64,000 bases of DNA, taken from contig OZ059900.1 of the NCBI GenBank assembly GCA_964057225.1, positions 6,634,001 through 6,698,000 of the forward strand. Reading direction: 5' to 3'. This DNA is from Auanema rhodensis. Its lineage: Eukaryota > Animalia > Nematoda. Each line of letters starts with the position of its first letter. The first letter of the stretch is position 1. This document shows, piece by piece, positions 49,449 through 62,800 of the stretch. Made by a program: the position numbers and the translations under genes. The notes under the pieces are model-generated. The model was not told the DNA's origin and ran no database searches. It saw only the letters and a list, made by a program, of their open reading frames with translations.

Positions 49449-52400
49449 AATACAAAATTTCTAAATAACAATATGATGTTTATGCATATATTGATATATA
49501 ATTAGCAGTAGAATAATAAGATGGTTGATGTAGTAGTTGAAGTAGAGACAAAAGCCTCATTTATATGCTCGTGTATAATACATGCCTTTCGTTTTGTGCT
49601 TGTGCACAATGATGCATAAAACAGCGTATGCGAGATGGATGACAATGATGATCTGAACAAGAAAGATAGAAGAGAGAAAAGTTGAAAAAGTTCTGTTTCC
49701 GAAATAAACATTAAAATTTCAAGAAAATATGTACACATGCATGTATGTATACACAAGATAATATAAAAGGTTGATCATAACTGTGATAAAAAAATACTGA
49801 GTCAGCAGCAACATTCAGGAAATGAGCTGGAATATGCTTTCTGTTGTCCCCCTCTTATTGCTTTCTTTCTATTTTTCGCTCTCTGCATGTCTCAATTGTT
49901 CTCATTCTCTCTCTCAATATTCTCAACTAGTCTGAGTAACAACAAAATGGCAACTTTTGAGGTGGTCAAGTCAGACGGCTTTGAACGACAAGTTGTCAGC
50001 ATGTACAAACATAATATTTCACATCAAGCATTAGGAAATAGCACATAAACGTTGTTTGAGCAGCATTTAAATATAATAAATACTTAGAGGAAAAGCTTAT
50101 AAATGAGAGCAAGAAGCAAACTATTGGCGAAATACTATATGTAAACAACAATAATAATGATTGAATATTAAGTAATTCTATTTATAAACAAAAAAAATAT
50201 TTTTGTTTATTTATATGAATAAATGCCATTATTTTCTTTAACTATATGCTCATAGACTGATAATATATTCGATAAATAGTCACATGCAGCTTATGCAGAT
50301 TACATGAGAAATTAGTGGTTTTTATTACAGAGATTTTGAGATTAATTTATATTTTTGTTGCATTTTTGTTGGATTAAAAATGGCCCCCATTTCACTCAAA
50401 TTTAAACTTCCTTTTCATATCTAGAACTATTTTAGTGCACCGCGTAATGGAAATGAAGTTGAAATGAGTTGAGAGAAGCGGAAGCCAGATAAAGCATTGA
50501 GAAAAGTGAAATAGTCTTTTTTTCCGCAAAAGTAAGGAAAATAAAGTAAGTGGTTGAGAAGGTAGAGAAAAATGAAATATTTCGACACAGCAACAGTTTG
50601 AAACTCGATCATTCATAGAGGCGATAAAGAAAATATGTCTAGGCTTCAATTGAAAACTATCTATGCTCATATATGCTGTATAAGAATATAGTTAATATAG
50701 ATATATCATGTGTATTGTGAAAACAAGATGTATTTTTATAAGAAGAGGATGTAAACCAAGGAAGTGTTGCTTTAATATTTCTATCTTGTACATTGAAAGA
50801 GAATATCTGTTACAGAAAAAAACTATAGGTGATTCTAGCTTTTTATGTCTTTTATATGAATCTATTTTAAAAAATGGAAACATTCCCAAGAATATATATA
50901 TTCATAGCAAGCCATGAAAGATTCACAATGTGATGAATGAGAAGAAGAATTGAAACTAGACAAATCGAGCAATATAAAGCAGCGAGACAGAGAGATAGGG
51001 CCAGATAAAGCGGCACGTCAGGATGGGAGGCAAGTAAAACTAGAGAGTGAGGAAAGGGACAAAATGCAGGCACATCGCATAGCAAGATGTTGAAGAAATC
51101 TAAAATGATCTATCGTCAAGTTGATTTGCGCACACAACTCAAATGTTTTACACTTATCCGCTTATTGAGAGCACATATATCCTCACAAGTACATATGAAG
51201 AATAGATTTCGACTTGCAATCATTATTATATAAGGGAAAAATCATCAGCATATGTGAATTGCTTGATTGCCTGACTGTTGTTAGCCAATAAATGTATTTT
51301 CGAAGAAAGGGATTGAGATGCATGGTGTGCGTGCGGAAGAGAGAGAAAAAGAAAGAGAGAGAAGGAAGGGTATCCTATGCTTGCTCGAAATACATATTGT
51401 GCTCAATTAGAACATACAAATTAAATAAGTTTTGTCATTCTGGTTTGGACGTATAGGCTGAGCGTAACTATTGCAACGCAACGTTCATGAGAAATGTGAG
51501 AGGCAGGGAGGGGGCAGAGCAGCTCAGGGGTGGAAATGAATTATTTGTGGGCGTTTTACAATGGTCAAAAACCGAAAAAATTGTGGACGAGAAGAAAAAA
51601 AGTAATGAAAAAAAGAGGAAGGGACAACAAGTAAGGGAAAAATTATTATGAGAGGTGGAAGAGGGAAACAAAAATTGAGTGGACAATGTAAATTATAATT
51701 TGTGGTTAGAGTAGTATAAGCAGGTGACAAGAGAGATAATGGAAGAAAATTAGAGAGGTAAGGCGGGTGAATGAACAATTTTGGATATTATGAGTCAGCT
51801 AACTGCGTGACAAGTAAACTATGTCTTATTTAAATATATATTAAAAATGAGTATGCATGCACAGAACTATACTAAATGTATGAAATATTAAGTGATTACA
51901 TTGAGTTATTTTTCTCAACTTAATTAAAATATATCGCTAAATTTGTTGCAAATTTTTGAACTTCTTGGCTATTTTATGAGCTAGCACTCTACTCATTCCA
52001 GCTTTGAAATTGGTTAACGTAGTATGGAACAATAGTTAATTGAATGTAATCAGATCAGAAGCTCAAGGAAACGAGCAAGCTGATTGATGTTGTGGCTGCT
52101 CGAGTCAGCTGAAATATCGCAACATTTTCCGTGGGCAACGGGCCTTCCCCTTCTCGGGCGTGCTAACTGTTGCGAATTGGCCTGAGAGGAAATTCTTTTT
52201 TTTTCGCATAATTGAGTATGTTAGGCATGAATATTTTATCTATGACAGCTGCGAAATAGCAACATTTCTGAATGAGGGATAGATGTTGCTTATAGAAGTA
52301 AAGGAGATATCCATTTTTTTCTCAGAATAAGCGTTGTCATGCATGGATGTCAGCCAGAAGAAGATTATATATTCGTTCATGAGAATGGTCGTCAAGCACT

Positions 52401-53738
52401 GAGTGGCAATCGGTCAGCAAACTACCTTCATATGGTTATGCTCTACTCTATATTTTGTAAGCAACGCGGAAAAGGCGATAGATACAAATAGTTAGCGATA
52501 ATGGTGTGTATCCAAAATTGGACAGCCAGCTGGTTTAGAGGTCGATATTGTTTGTTGGTTTGTGCGTATGAGCGAGGCAATGAGGACAAAGGCAATAGTA
52601 GAACATAAAATTCAATAGTTAATCTCACCAAAACGGGTAATGAAACGAAAAACGCCAAAATGAACTAAAAACAGATGATGGGACCAATGTAAATACAGAA
52701 AGATTAAAGTTGGTACGAGATAAACAGAGAAAAATGCCAAGATAAGTAGTTGGAACAAAGAACTAGAAAGACAAAAAGTTGGAAAAGGAATGAAAGTAAT
52801 TGAAGAAATAGTAAAAGGAAAAATGAATAAAGAAAGCCAGAAATAAAGGGAATAGAGCACAACGATCCAAAGAGACTGAGAGAATGATCGAATTTGATGA
52901 AGATGGGCACTTAGCTCTCCACATAGGAAAACATGCATTATATCCTTCTGATAAATATAAAAAATGTGTATTAGCGCAAGCAAGCGATGCTTTTCAGTTC
53001 TTAACCAAACTGTTTGCGATTTTCGACAATAGAGCGGTTTCATTGCGATTGAGCAGAGGACAAAGACAATTGGCAGCACTAATATTGCACATGCATTGTA
53101 CTCATTCTCACGTATACACACATATAGTATATATATCTATCTATATATATATATAAATATAAATTCAAAGCTGATGAAAACAAGGCATCATATAAATTTT
53201 TTTTTGGCTCAAATATGAATATTTAGTATAATGATGAAGGCAATGTACTTAAATCATGCAGTTGCTTATTGTCATGAGAAAAATTGTGAATTGATTTTGA
53301 ACGCAAACAGAGTTATAAATTCTTTGTAGGACTATTATGGAACAATGAAATTTGTAACTATTGGAGCAGTAATTGGACGATAAAACAGGCAGTATATGAA
53401 AGAAACACAGGTTAATACAGTACATACGGCAGATAAACTTAAATTTGATAAAAAAAAAAGAGGCAAATTAAGAAGAAGAAGAAGAAGAATAACTAGAATT
53501 AAATAATACAAAGAAGGAAATAAAGCATGCAACAATGGATACAAATGCAATATCAAATAAATGTGATGTGTTCAGTTGTTTGTTTTCTTGGCGAAATGCC
53601 TGATTTTTGATGTTGTTTTGTGAACAGTGCTGGACACAGATAGATACATAGAGACAAGTAGAAGTAAACTATGAAGAAAGGGTGTGTTGGTGAGTCAAAT
53701 TAATCATCCACATCATGTTAAAGAAGATCGCTTCCCTC

Positions 53739-56700
53739 TTACGCTTCCTTAGTACTAGCCATCATATTGCGCTCGGGCATCGGTAGCTTCATGTCAAACA
53801 TCTTGTAATACCATGTGTTGTATACACGATGCTTTGCATCATCACGAAGATGCTTGGCTATTTCTTCCCTGAAATTAAATTTTTTAATTTGTAAATTATA
53901 GTTTGAAAATTATAAAGAAATTTTGAAATAAGCAATTAACGATTTCGCTTACATCATTTCAAAAACTCTTATTAAAGAAAATGTAATTTTTTCCACAATC
54001 GAGAAAACTTTGATTTCTCATCTATTCTGCAGGGAATGTAAGAAATCTTTAGTTGAACATTGCATCAGAAACCTCATCTTTCATAATTTTCTCGCATAGG
54101 CTTAAGCTGTTTGTATCTTGTTTACTTGGCAATCCGCTGAGAATTCATCAATTCATCAAATCTTTATTTTTGCATTCAACGACTATTCACTGACCAATTG
54201 CTTATTTATTTCAGCATTTCGATATGATCTCTGCACGCGTGGGAGTCAGAGTGATTCAGGCTAATTATCATTTCTTTAAAGGAAAAGCTGAATAAACCTG
54301 CTACACAATGAGACATAGCTGGATATAGCGATTAAAGTCAAATTTTGAAGCAATTCAAAGCATTAATCGCATAATTAGCATAGGTTAAAGATCAATAATG
54401 AATATCATTAAATGTTATCGTCTTATAATATAAAATTTTAGTTATGAAATTTAACTCGTACGTGATCACATTTCCATTATTACCAAATCACATAATTGTA
54501 ACTAATCGTACATAAATCATACATATGCAAGCAAATTAGCAAGTCAATTCTCACTAGAAATTGATGGATTAATGATGGCAAAATCAATTGTAAAATTTGT
54601 TTTCAATTCAGAATCACCTATATAATTTGCAAAATTCTATATTCTGGCTAAGAATATTGCTGACAAACATAAACAATTTGAGCTGATTAAGATAAGAATA
54701 AGGAATATTGCCGCTCACTTCTTTAACATATGATTGTTGCAAATATAGTTTTTATCTCCAAATATTGTGTCATTGTTCGATATTTCCGAAACAATATATG
54801 GTTATTCACTTGAATATGCATTCATTTCAAATGCTACGTATTTCAATTAAGCTATATCTCTCATTGGAAAACGAAAATCCCATTAGTATTATATACATTT
54901 CAAGCTTTCAGAGATGCTCTACAATGAAATGGCAAAAAAAAAAAGAATATAATGCAACAGTGAAGTCAGAGATGTCGCAATTCAATTTTTTGCCAATCGC
55001 AATTCATGCTTTTTTTAGAAATTCATTAATCGATTTTGAATAGACGATTAAAAAACATTGAAAAGCTTAATTATATTTTCATCATTTCTTCCTCTATAAT
55101 CTCTCACTCTGTTTCTCTACCGCTTGCTAGCAAAATGTTTGTCTCCTTTTCTCTTCACTAGCATCTCCCTTTCATGGGGTAGGCAAGGAGGGACATATAG
55201 AAAGCTTATTTCTTATTTAAGCAGCGTTATTCATTCAGCACAACATGCAGAATGAAACAAGAGGGGTGTGTGCTTTAGTATATGTTCTCTTTTTAAGTCA
55301 ATTTTCCGTTAATGATACTGAAAATTTATTGAATGTAAATATGGAGTATTACAATTCATAGTAGTCCGAATATACTATTTTGTTGACTGATAATCAAAAT
55401 TTTCGAAAAATTGATTGCGTTATGTGCAAATGAATGCACAGCACAAACTAGTTGAAGGAAATAAACCATATTCATGGGAGAATACTAAAAAAATGTATTA
55501 TCAAAATTTGAACAACATTCAACATAGCTGGCTACTTTACACATTAATTTTAATATCTGCATGCGTCCAAATACAAATATTTCGTATTTTCAAATTATTG
55601 TCTTGAACTGCAATTACCACATCTAGTAATTATCAAAGCTTAAAATTGATAGATTGACTCATTCCCAGTTGAAGTATGAGAAATACTTTTATTTCAACTA
55701 GCCCATTTATAGAATATGTATTTCTAACAGGAAATTGCCACCTGCCTTAGTCAAAGGATTCATAGAAATACCTTTCAAGCATATTTAAATGAAATGCAGG
55801 GACTAACCTAGATGGAGAAGCACGAGAACGTCTCGGTTCTGCAGATTTTCTACTCAACCATGCTTCAAATGCTTGTCGAGCCATTTCACGTTGTTCCTCT
55901 TCTTTCTTTTCTGCAGCTTTCTTTTTTGGACAACAAACACTCTGAAATTAATAAAAAACTGAATGAGATTTTAAAAATTCATTCCAGCATTGCCGAAATG
56001 TTTAAAATGCTTTGAAATCAACAAAGAAAATGTCTTCAAAACGTTGTACTTGTACAATCAGTTAAGAGTATATATCTTTATGAATGGTCATACTGCATGC
56101 AAAAATAATTACAAAATGAAAAAATGAAATGAAAAATAATTAAAAAAACGAAAACTAATTCGAAATCACGCAGTCTATATTATTTTGGATTGTGTGATAA
56201 AACCGCAATAAGCAAAGAAATGATCTAACTTTCCAAAAAAATATAAATGAATGAAAGCCAAAAAAACTACTTATCAAAACTGAAATCAAAGCCATAATTT
56301 AGTATTTTTTTTTTAAATTCTTAATCAAAATATCTATTATTTAATCTACTTTTCTTTGTATTCGGATAGAAACAAATGTTTTTACATTTTCTCAGAATAC
56401 AAAATCTATTTCCACATTCTTTGATCTTAATTTTAAAAAAGTTTTTCGAATAGAAAATACAAAAAAATGTATATAATTTTATTTTAAAACAAAGAAGAAA
56501 CAATGTGTGATTAGCTGCCACAAATCAATTTTCCAAACAAAAAAAAAAGAAATCAGCTATAACCTTTTGTCTTAACAAACTTAGAATTGTTATACGTTAA
56601 TTAAGAGAAGCAATAGTGATTTTATTTCGATTATCAATCTAATTTAAATGAATCAACCAAAGCAAAAGATTTTATAATAAAAAAAACCATTTTTTTTTAA

Positions 56701-57147
56701 ATGTGAGTTGAAAATTTGATAAGCTATGCTCTTTATACTCGATTATTTGTGTGAATAATATAGAAAAACAAAAAATTTCATAATAACATAAAAATGTGAA
56801 TGTTATCACAAAATATTGAAAAGCATTTTTGTTATATCAAATGTATCAGCATTTCATGGTTTTGAAATAGCAAAATGATAATAAAAGCTATCTATTTAGA
56901 CTATAATTGTAAAAAAACTTACTACGCTGCGTTTAGTATGATCAAGTCTTCCCATAGCAGATGGAGAGTCAGACGTATGCATGGCTGTTGTCGCACGACT
57001 CGTACGTGTCCAACTTGTGCTACGAGGCGTGGTCGCTGCTGTGGTTGCGCCGGCTGTCGAGCCTGCAGTCGATGACATGAACACGTCTTTTCGTGTTGTC
57101 CTTGTTGAATCACACCCAATACTACCAACACCACCGCTGTCGTTCAT
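53739..57147 (-). CDS. Small coiled-coil protein with CCDC34/CCDC181/MAP9-like Trp motifs, 3 coding exons, ~162 aa (5' end uncertain)
   Basis: Exons 57147-56923 (donor gtaagt, phase 0), 55941-55808 (tttcag / gttagt, phase 2) and 53868-53739 (tttcag, TAA). The protein has a Ser/Thr-rich N-terminus, then KKKAAEKKEEEQREMARQAFEAWLSRK...REEIAKHLRDDAKHRVYNTWYYK. The family assignment rests on motif resemblance only. Confidence 0.8.
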
Positions 57148-57781
57148 TGATTCTGTAACTAAGTCCACTCAGTTGCCGTTGTTAAATTTTGACTCGTCTG
57201 CTCCAGCAACTTATACACATAGGAATATATATGTGTGGGTGTATGCATAACTTCTTCTAAAGCAGTGAGCTCCATAGTTAAGCCATTATACGCATATATA
57301 TATGTCTGTGCATTCTTGCCAGAGAAAACAAATCGAAAACTATTCGAAAGACCAAAAAACAACAAAAATGACGATGAGACACGAGAGATATTAAACAAGC
57401 AATGATAAATTGCCTGGCACTTTGTATAAAACATAAGACATTGTTTGGAGAAATAGAGAATGTCAAACGAAACGGAAGAAAAGAGAAGCGAATTGAATAT
57501 GTTTCATGCAATTGTCTACAAAGATCATAGCATTATTTACCATAAGAAAATAGAGAAAATATTCAATAAAATAGAAAAATTAAGTATGATTCATTAATTT
57601 TTATTTTCCAAAACAGTTAACAAGCTGTCTTTTTTAAAGGAAATATGACACTTTTCATAAAAACAAGCACAAATGAGTACGCCTGTCTTTCAAGTACAGA
57701 AACCTAAATCAGGAAACGAGATAAAAAGTTTATAATAAAGTATAGTTCAAATTAATAAATATTGTGATAAATATATTGTGT

Positions 57782-58151
57782 ATGTGTTTCGTAAGGAAGT
57801 TTCAGGAATTAAACAAATATTGTGAAATATTCTTCACAGAACATTTCAATAATAAAATTATCAAAAACCATTTATGATTCATTTTCTTTAGATCAATAGA
57901 TTTGAACTTCCAGTTGATTAATAATTACAGAACAGCTTTGATTCATGCTACATTGAAATTGTTATTTCATAAATGTGATTCCTTCTTGTTTGTGTTTGGC
58001 AGTTAAATTGATCTGTCCAATAAACTGTTTTATCTATTATTCTCAATTTGTAGACAAGTGTTCATGTTGCTAATCGGAAGTAGAAAAAAGCAGAAAAATG
58101 AAAAAGGATAGTTAACACATGTGTTTCGTAAGGAAATTTCAGGAATTTAAC
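57782..58151. promoter_or_regulatory. 33-bp direct repeat pair, each copy containing a perfect 3-unit heat-shock element
   Basis: atgtgtttcgtaaggaagtttcaggaattaaac (57782-57814) and atgtgtttcgtaaggaaatttcaggaatttaac (58119-58151), 31/33 identical. nGAAnnTTCnnGAAn occurs at 57795-57809 and 58132-58146. Confidence 0.5.
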
Positions 58152-59812
58152 CCAAGGTCACTAATCACGACAAATTTAGCTGAATCATTGTAGACAATAT
58201 CCTATTCTAATGGAATGTTATACTATATATCACATGACTCATAAAAAATGTTGATAATTCTTTGATTACAGTCAATTCTGATAATGATTAAAAGAAGTGA
58301 TACAAAGAAATTTAAAAGATAATAATGCTTCATGCTTCCGAATATATGAGGAAACTAGAGAGAATGGATCATAACTAAACGCCACTGATACTGCTTAGAA
58401 TATTCTATAAGACAAATATATTGCCAAATTATGTTATTGTCTTTCTGAACGATCGAGATAAAGCATAAATTTGACAAAAATGATCAGTTAGGAAGAAGTC
58501 ATGATGAATGAGAGAAGAAGGTCAAAAAACTAATTATTCGACGCATTATGCTATCTTATACTCTCTTCAAACTACTTGCTATCTATTTATAGTTTGAGCT
58601 GGTTGATGAGTGACAGAAGAGAGATATAAATATGCGGCAGATGGTCATCCCTACTGCCCATGCTATTCAGCTAGCTGGATGCTGACCTTCCCGCAAAATA
58701 TCAGTTCTTTAATGTATTTGGTTGCTTATATATCTTACAGATGAGCTATTTAGTACCTAATACTAATATATTTGAACGAAAAAGGGTCGTTCTTAATCTG
58801 GTAAAAAAGCGAAACTCTAAGAATTAAAAGCAAATAAGAAGTTGGTTTCTGAAAGCTGATCTACTATTTCAAATGAGTGTTCATAAAGTCGAAACCGTCG
58901 ATTAGATTCTGTCAGTTTTCTATTATTCTGATGAAATCCAATTTAAATCAAAGAAGCTAGCATGGTACTTAGGATTATATATAGAGATTTTGAATGAAAA
59001 GAAAACAATAAAAATAGCCAATTAATGAAATGAAAGTAGTATGAACATCGTTGTATGCAATTGGTTGAATGTGCTGTGCAGTGTAGTTTTAGAAAAAAAA
59101 ATTTCATGTTATTGGAGCACATCATATACTATTAAATTTTGATTTAAAACAAAAATCATGTTATTTTTAGCACATCTGACGAATGACCATATTGACAAAG
59201 ATGGGGGGGGGGGGTTGTCTTCATGATGATGACGATTATGATGTTGACAAGTACAGAAACTCTGACCATCTGTTAATAGAAAGTAGTACAGAGACAAAGA
59301 ATGAATGGGACGAAACTTTCAGTAAAACTTTTGTTTCCAATAAATGAAAATTTTAAACTGTTCAGTTTATTCAAATTTATGGTTAATTATAATATATATT
59401 CATTTATTTACTAATAAAATATTCAAAAAAGACTATTCTTGCACAAGCGTATAGTAAGAATATGAGAATATATATAGTATATTCATAAATTTTGTAAAAT
59501 TAGCTACAATTCAGAGAAGATATTGAAAAAATCAAATCGTTTGCCTAAATATTAGTAACTGCAGATTTTATGACTATGGTTTAATTGGAATACTATATAT
59601 AACGAAATGAGAATATGATATATACCATATAATTAACTTAAAACATTGAATAGTAAATAATAAAAATATAATTCAAATTACAATTTATTCTATCTATTCT
59701 CAACTCAAATTATTGCAAAAGATTGAAAAAGCTTAAACCTTGTATTTTCTTTTATTTTCAATTCAAATTTTTATAAGAATAAATATTTCTTGAGATTTTT
59801 TTTGCTTCTCAC

Positions 59813-59877
59813 AGAATCTTCCAGCGTTTCCAACTTTTTCAATATTTCTCTTGTTGAATCCACTCTGATTTCAACTA
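59813..59877 (-). CDS. Orphan candidate coding exon (VEIRVDSTREILKKLETLEDS)
   Basis: Acceptor ttcctag and donor gtgaga. Only one frame is open, encoding a charged helical peptide. It could not be joined in phase to the downstream ORF. Confidence 0.3.
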
Positions 59878-62800
59878 CTAGGAAGTAAGCTTTAATAAGG
59901 AAAAGGAAGCTGGAAGACAAAAATATGCTGCAAAAGAAAGACAAGAGCGTTGCATTAGTGTGAAAAGCCACATAAAGAACCTATCTACGAGAGTATGGCA
60001 TTGACTTGCGGACTGGCTTTTGACCAAATGCGAATAACGCTGAAATGCGCATGCACTTTTGTTGCTCAATGCTCAGCAAGCATCAACAGCACGTCTGAGT
60101 CTCCGTTATTTCGGTTTTATTTCAGAAGCTGCATGTGGTTTAGTTAGTTTCCGCTTTATCTCAAAATGTGCTCAAATGCCAACTATCTTTTCAACCATCC
60201 CTCACAAATTTACTAATTTTTAACGAAAAATATACAAAGTGCCAGGCAAAATTTTTTTCTATAACTTTTATCAACATTGCTTTCTCCACCATGGTTTTTT
60301 GAGGAAGAAAATGCAACGGATGGATTCATAAATGATGATCGTACAAGAATTTGAAAATTTGAACAAATACTTTTGAAAGTGAATAGATTGCGAGAAAAAC
60401 TATAAAATAGAAATCATACGGTTCACTAATCATTTTGAGTGAAAAAGAACTGACTGACAATGGATAAAAGAGCATGTCAGGTACATCAATACGATTAGTA
60501 GTTGAAGCAGATTGAGTTTGTAAAGGGTCCTGTGAAAAGAGGTCAAATGACTAATCCTTTACAAAGGTTGTCACATCAACAAGTTAATGAAAAGAGGACC
60601 AAGACCTATTTACCGATTTTATTGATGACAGACTCTCTAAAGAACACATATGGCTAACCATAAGATACAAGCTTGCTCATTGAAGACAATACTATGATTT
60701 AAAACAATGCAGTAGTGTATTCATAAAAATATATGAGCAAACAACATAAAAAAGAAAATGTGATACTTGTATAGATCGAAATCATGAGCAACGTGCTCAT
60801 GATTCGCCATAATGTAAAATGAGAGAAAGATATTACGAGGACTGAAAATGGAGGAGGCGGGAATTGCGCATGATTAGAGAAATACTCTACAGCAAGAGAT
60901 TCAACGACTCTCATGAAATTAGAAGAATACTCACTCCATGCTTTGTATAGTAATGTTTGGATTTGTATACATAAAACTGTGAACTTGATAGAGACGCAAC
61001 AAATTATAGCTCGAAGAAGTAGAGAGGTAAAAGAAAGAAACGGAGTTTTCTAAAACATAAGAGAGAGATAAGAAGCTAATATGAAAAATATGTTACGAAT
61101 TTGATGTTTAAGCTCAAAATTGAGCTTGTAAAGGTTAGCAAAGTTTGAAATTTTGAAGAAAATGCTTGAAACTACAATGACAGAGCATACAGAGGTAAAA
61201 TATCCTAAATAAGACTAAAACAAGTTGGACTGCAAATGAGGCCTAAAGAGCACTAGAGAAGAAAGAACTATGAAGAGAGACATATGAAAAAAACTATTAT
61301 ATGGTGCTTGAGTAGATTTGTTATGCTTACAAGAAGCGTGAGACTTTCAAATTATCTTATTTTTGAACAAAGACTATCAAGAAATAGGATGAAAAAAGCT
61401 ATTCCTTTGACTAATATTGAAACAAAAAAATCTGATTTAAATGAGATTTTTGTCATATTTATCATTATTATCACCAATATTAAATACGATTTTGTTACTT
61501 ATTTGAGGAAATCATCATTAGCCAGTTGAACACTAAACAAATATATGTTTATCGCTTTGCACATCCAAGCATTGTTACATCAATAGAGATTTGCAGATTT
61601 TGTTCAATTCATTCAAATATTTTGCCGATTCAAGCATTCTGGTTGAAATTATTCAATTTTAATTCTCTACTAAGCAAATGTTTGAATATATTCAAAAATT
61701 ACAATTAATCTATTTTCACGATAACTAGAAGCGGAACCGAAGTTATAAATAAAATTATAAAGTTTTTAATAAGTGAAATTGTTTTACTGAATGAGCAAAG
61801 TTTTGCTGAGGTTAGCTTCGCTGGAAAAGTAAATAATGCTTCCTAAACGTTTTTAGTGTAAATGATAAATACAGAAAACATTAAAGTAGATAAAAAGCCG
61901 TTTTCTCATCTTTTATTCGTATAAATCACAAACTTTTATAATAAACAAAGCTGATTTACAAATACTGAAGCATTATATATATCTAAAATTCCATGTCATT
62001 CAGAAATAAAAGAATTTGACTAGAAAATTCGAAAAAAATGATGAGTGGGCCTAGGAAATATGTTCAAGTGCTTGCTGTTTCGCTGATTATGCAAAAGATT
62101 GAAACTATCCAAGCGAAATAAACAACTTGTCCTTATAGGCATAACTTCTTAGGTAAGTCATGTGAGAATAATTTTTAAGAGTAAAGCTCACTCCACTCAT
62201 GAAGTACGACTGATTTTAAAAACCAAAAATGCCAGATAGCAAGGTTGCCAGTTATTCATAGCCATACTTTTGCTTCCAAGCGCTATCTCATTTTACTCAT
62301 TCTTTCACACTTGCATTTCCTTTTTCACCAATTCAATTTCAAATTTCAGTATATAAACATTAGTTCGAAACTTCCTCGTAGGTGACATTACTCAAATGAC
62401 AGATTAATGTGGAAACTCTGTATGTTAGAACATTTGAATAAAAATTGAACATGAATAGAAAGTATGAAATGAAATAACGAAATAGATCAACATTTTTAAA
62501 ACGTGAAAAATATATAAAAAAACAAAAGAACGCACCAGATATCTGTTAAGCTAGAGTTCTACAGATAAAGTAAAGCATAGTTTTTTCTTATTCATGTACA
62601 GCATATGCATAACATATTGTTTTTTCTATGCATTACTTTTTTTTTCTAAAAAAACTTTTTGCCTTCTCAAAAAAATGTGAAAGGCATTTTATTCTATGAA
62701 GATGCGGGCTAAGAAGAAGTTTTTTTCCTAGACATCCGTAAGTTATGAGGTAAGTAACGCATAGACAATTTTGACCAGACAAGTAAATTATATATTTCAA

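Noticed and set aside
37414-53556. Many Phe/Leu/Ser-rich minus-strand ORFs (e.g. 39621-40058, 48044-48559, 52612-53121)
   Set aside because: By-products of TC-rich low-complexity sequence, with no coherent splice phases or recognisable domains.
56922-57134. Alternative frame that could splice in phase 2 to unkempt exon 2
   Set aside because: The other frame joins cleanly to exon 55941, and EKP-bearing unkempt first exons exist much closer.
59171-59340. Plus-strand acidic exon-like stretch around a G12 run
   Set aside because: As given, the frame hits TGA right after the G-run. It would need a homopolymer error, and there are no supporting exons.
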